This document shows positions 62,584 to 64,000 of a stretch of 64,000 nucleotides of DNA, one piece after another. The notes under the pieces are model-generated. The model was not told the origin of the DNA and did not search any database. It saw only the letters and a list, made by a program, of their open reading frames with translations. The position numbers were made by a program, and so were the translations under genes. The DNA comes from Candidatus Thorarchaeota archaeon (GTDB lineage: Archaea > Asgardarchaeota > Thorarchaeia > Thorarchaeales > Thorarchaeaceae). How positions within the stretch are numbered: the first letter of the stretch is position 1; each line of letters starts with the position of its first letter. The stretch covers positions 1 through 64,000 of the forward strand of contig CAVSBO010000010.1 of assembly GCA_963726195.1 (NCBI GenBank), written 5' to 3'.

Positions 62584-63831
62584 TTGGAGAAACCCTTGGA
62601 CAAGCTCTTTGACAAATTCCTTCAAGGTCAGGGTATTTTCAGAAAGAGAAGTGCACTTAGACCCACATATGTTCCTGACGATATTCCCTATCGAGACGAA
62701 CAGATGAGGAGAATAGCTGCCATTCTCGGGCCAGCCCTGCGTGGAGCACCGCCATCCAACATTCTTTGCTACGGCAAGACAGGCACTGGTAAGACTGTAG
62801 TTGCCCGCTATGTTCTGTCATTGCTTGTGGACAAAGCGGATCAAAGTGGCGTCAGGCCTCCGCTCACCGCCTTTGTCAATTGCCGTATCGTAGGGACCAA
62901 CTATAGGGTGCTCAAGCGCCTCTGTGACCAGATAGATGCAACAATGCCTGATGGGTCGGAGGTCCCTTTCACAGGGCTACCAACGGATGAGATTAGGGAC
63001 CTGCTCAAGAGAAAGCTTGACTCTGAATCCAACATCCTCACTGTCGTGCTAGACGAAGTGGACAGCCTGTTGAGGCGGGATGTAACCCAAGGTAATGACA
63101 TTCTCTATGGTTTGACACGGATGAATGGCGAACTAGAGAACAGCAAGATATCGATAATCGGCATCAGCAACGATTTGAAGTTCAAGGAAATGCTCGACCC
63201 TCGGGTACTGAGCACTCTGGGAGAGGAAGAGGTCATATTCCCACCCTACAATGCTGTGGAGCTGAACGGAATCCTTCAGCAGAGGGTACAGATTGCTTTC
63301 AACGATGACGTCATTGAAGATGAAGGTGTGATAAACCTCGTAGGAGCACTGGCTGCACAGGAGCATGGCGATGCACGAAGGGCTCTGGATCTTCTCAGAA
63401 CAGCAGGCGAGCTTGCGGAACGTAACGGAGACGATAAGGTCACTCAGGAACACGTACGTGAGGCACAGAAGATCATTGAGCGCGATACCATAACTGAGAC
63501 TCTCAAGACGCTGCCCATGCAGTCAAAGGCTTTGTTGTTCTCAGTATATGTGCTAACAGACAGAGGACAACGTGACATCTACACCGGGGAGTGTTTCAAT
63601 GTCTACTCCGAGATTGCAAAGTTGCTTTCTCTTGATACGCTCACTCAGAGAAGAATCAGTGATCTCATCAGCGAACTCGACATGCTCGGGTTAATCAACA
63701 CGTCAGTGGTCTCGAAGGGTCGGTACGGTCGTACAAAGAAGATTCGCTTGGCGGTTGGCAAGAAGCACATTGCGAGCATTATGGAGTCAGATCCCAGATT
63801 AAGTAAGATAGCGCGGGATTTGGTAACGTAG
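62584..63831 (+). CDS. cdc6: Orc1/Cdc6 replication initiator
   Basis: YGKTGTGKT, VLDEVD, FPPYNA, GDARRALDLL, SKGRYGRT. Confidence 0.96.
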   Translation: MEKPLDKLFDKFLQGQGIFRKRSALRPTYVPDDIPYRDEQMRRIAAILGPALRGAPPSNILCYGKTGTGKTVVARYVLSLLVDKADQSGVRPPLTAFVNCRIVGTNYRVLKRLCDQIDATMPDGSEVPFTGLPTDEIRDLLKRKLDSESNILTVVLDEVDSLLRRDVTQGNDILYGLTRMNGELENSKISIIGISNDLKFKEMLDPRVLSTLGEEEVIFPPYNAVELNGILQQRVQIAFNDDVIEDEGVINLVGALAAQEHGDARRALDLLRTAGELAERNGDDKVTQEHVREAQKIIERDTITETLKTLPMQSKALLFSVYVLTDRGQRDIYTGECFNVYSEIAKLLSLDTLTQRRISDLISELDMLGLINTSVVSKGRYGRTKKIRLAVGKKHIASIMESDPRLSKIARDLVT

Positions 63832-64000
63832 CATAGCTGAATTCTACGAGCAGAATTGATCAGACATCGGTTGGATACTGCCCCGATTTCATTGACTGGC
63901 TCCGCTTTCCCCGCTAGGTGAAGCTGCGTAGTCATAGAAAAACCTCAACTCTGGTATGAGTGTTGCCAGATTCACAATCGAGACTATTCCCGGTGTCGGC

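Overview
Archaeal genomic window. Gene content (Cdc6/Orc1, PCNA, PriS, GINS, Csl4, Rpo11, TFS, eL15, HdrABC/MvhD) suggests an Asgard, probably Thorarchaeia-like, organism; that assignment is inference. The main feature is at 4598-~27100. An intact initiator tRNA-Met(CAU) gene with two introns is followed by 14 same-strand, 5'-truncated copies of its own 3' part, spaced about 0.7-3.3 kb apart. Each interval holds 1-3 unrelated accessory genes: HEPN-like, two RibD-like deaminases, PD-(D/E)xK nucleases, a RelE/Panacea-like toxin-antitoxin pair, HNH, a DNA methylase plus putative REase, a CPBP protease and membrane proteins. The copies carry different hairpin-forming intron alleles and tRNA alleles that differ from the resident gene, and no integrase is visible in the window. 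This looks like a tRNA-anchored, integron-like gene-cassette array. Upstream lie a HerA-like ATPase and a LAGLIDADG-like gene. The remaining ~35 kb is housekeeping DNA with two TnpB elements. Many genes, including essential priS, are frameshifted, which suggests indel errors in the assembly.
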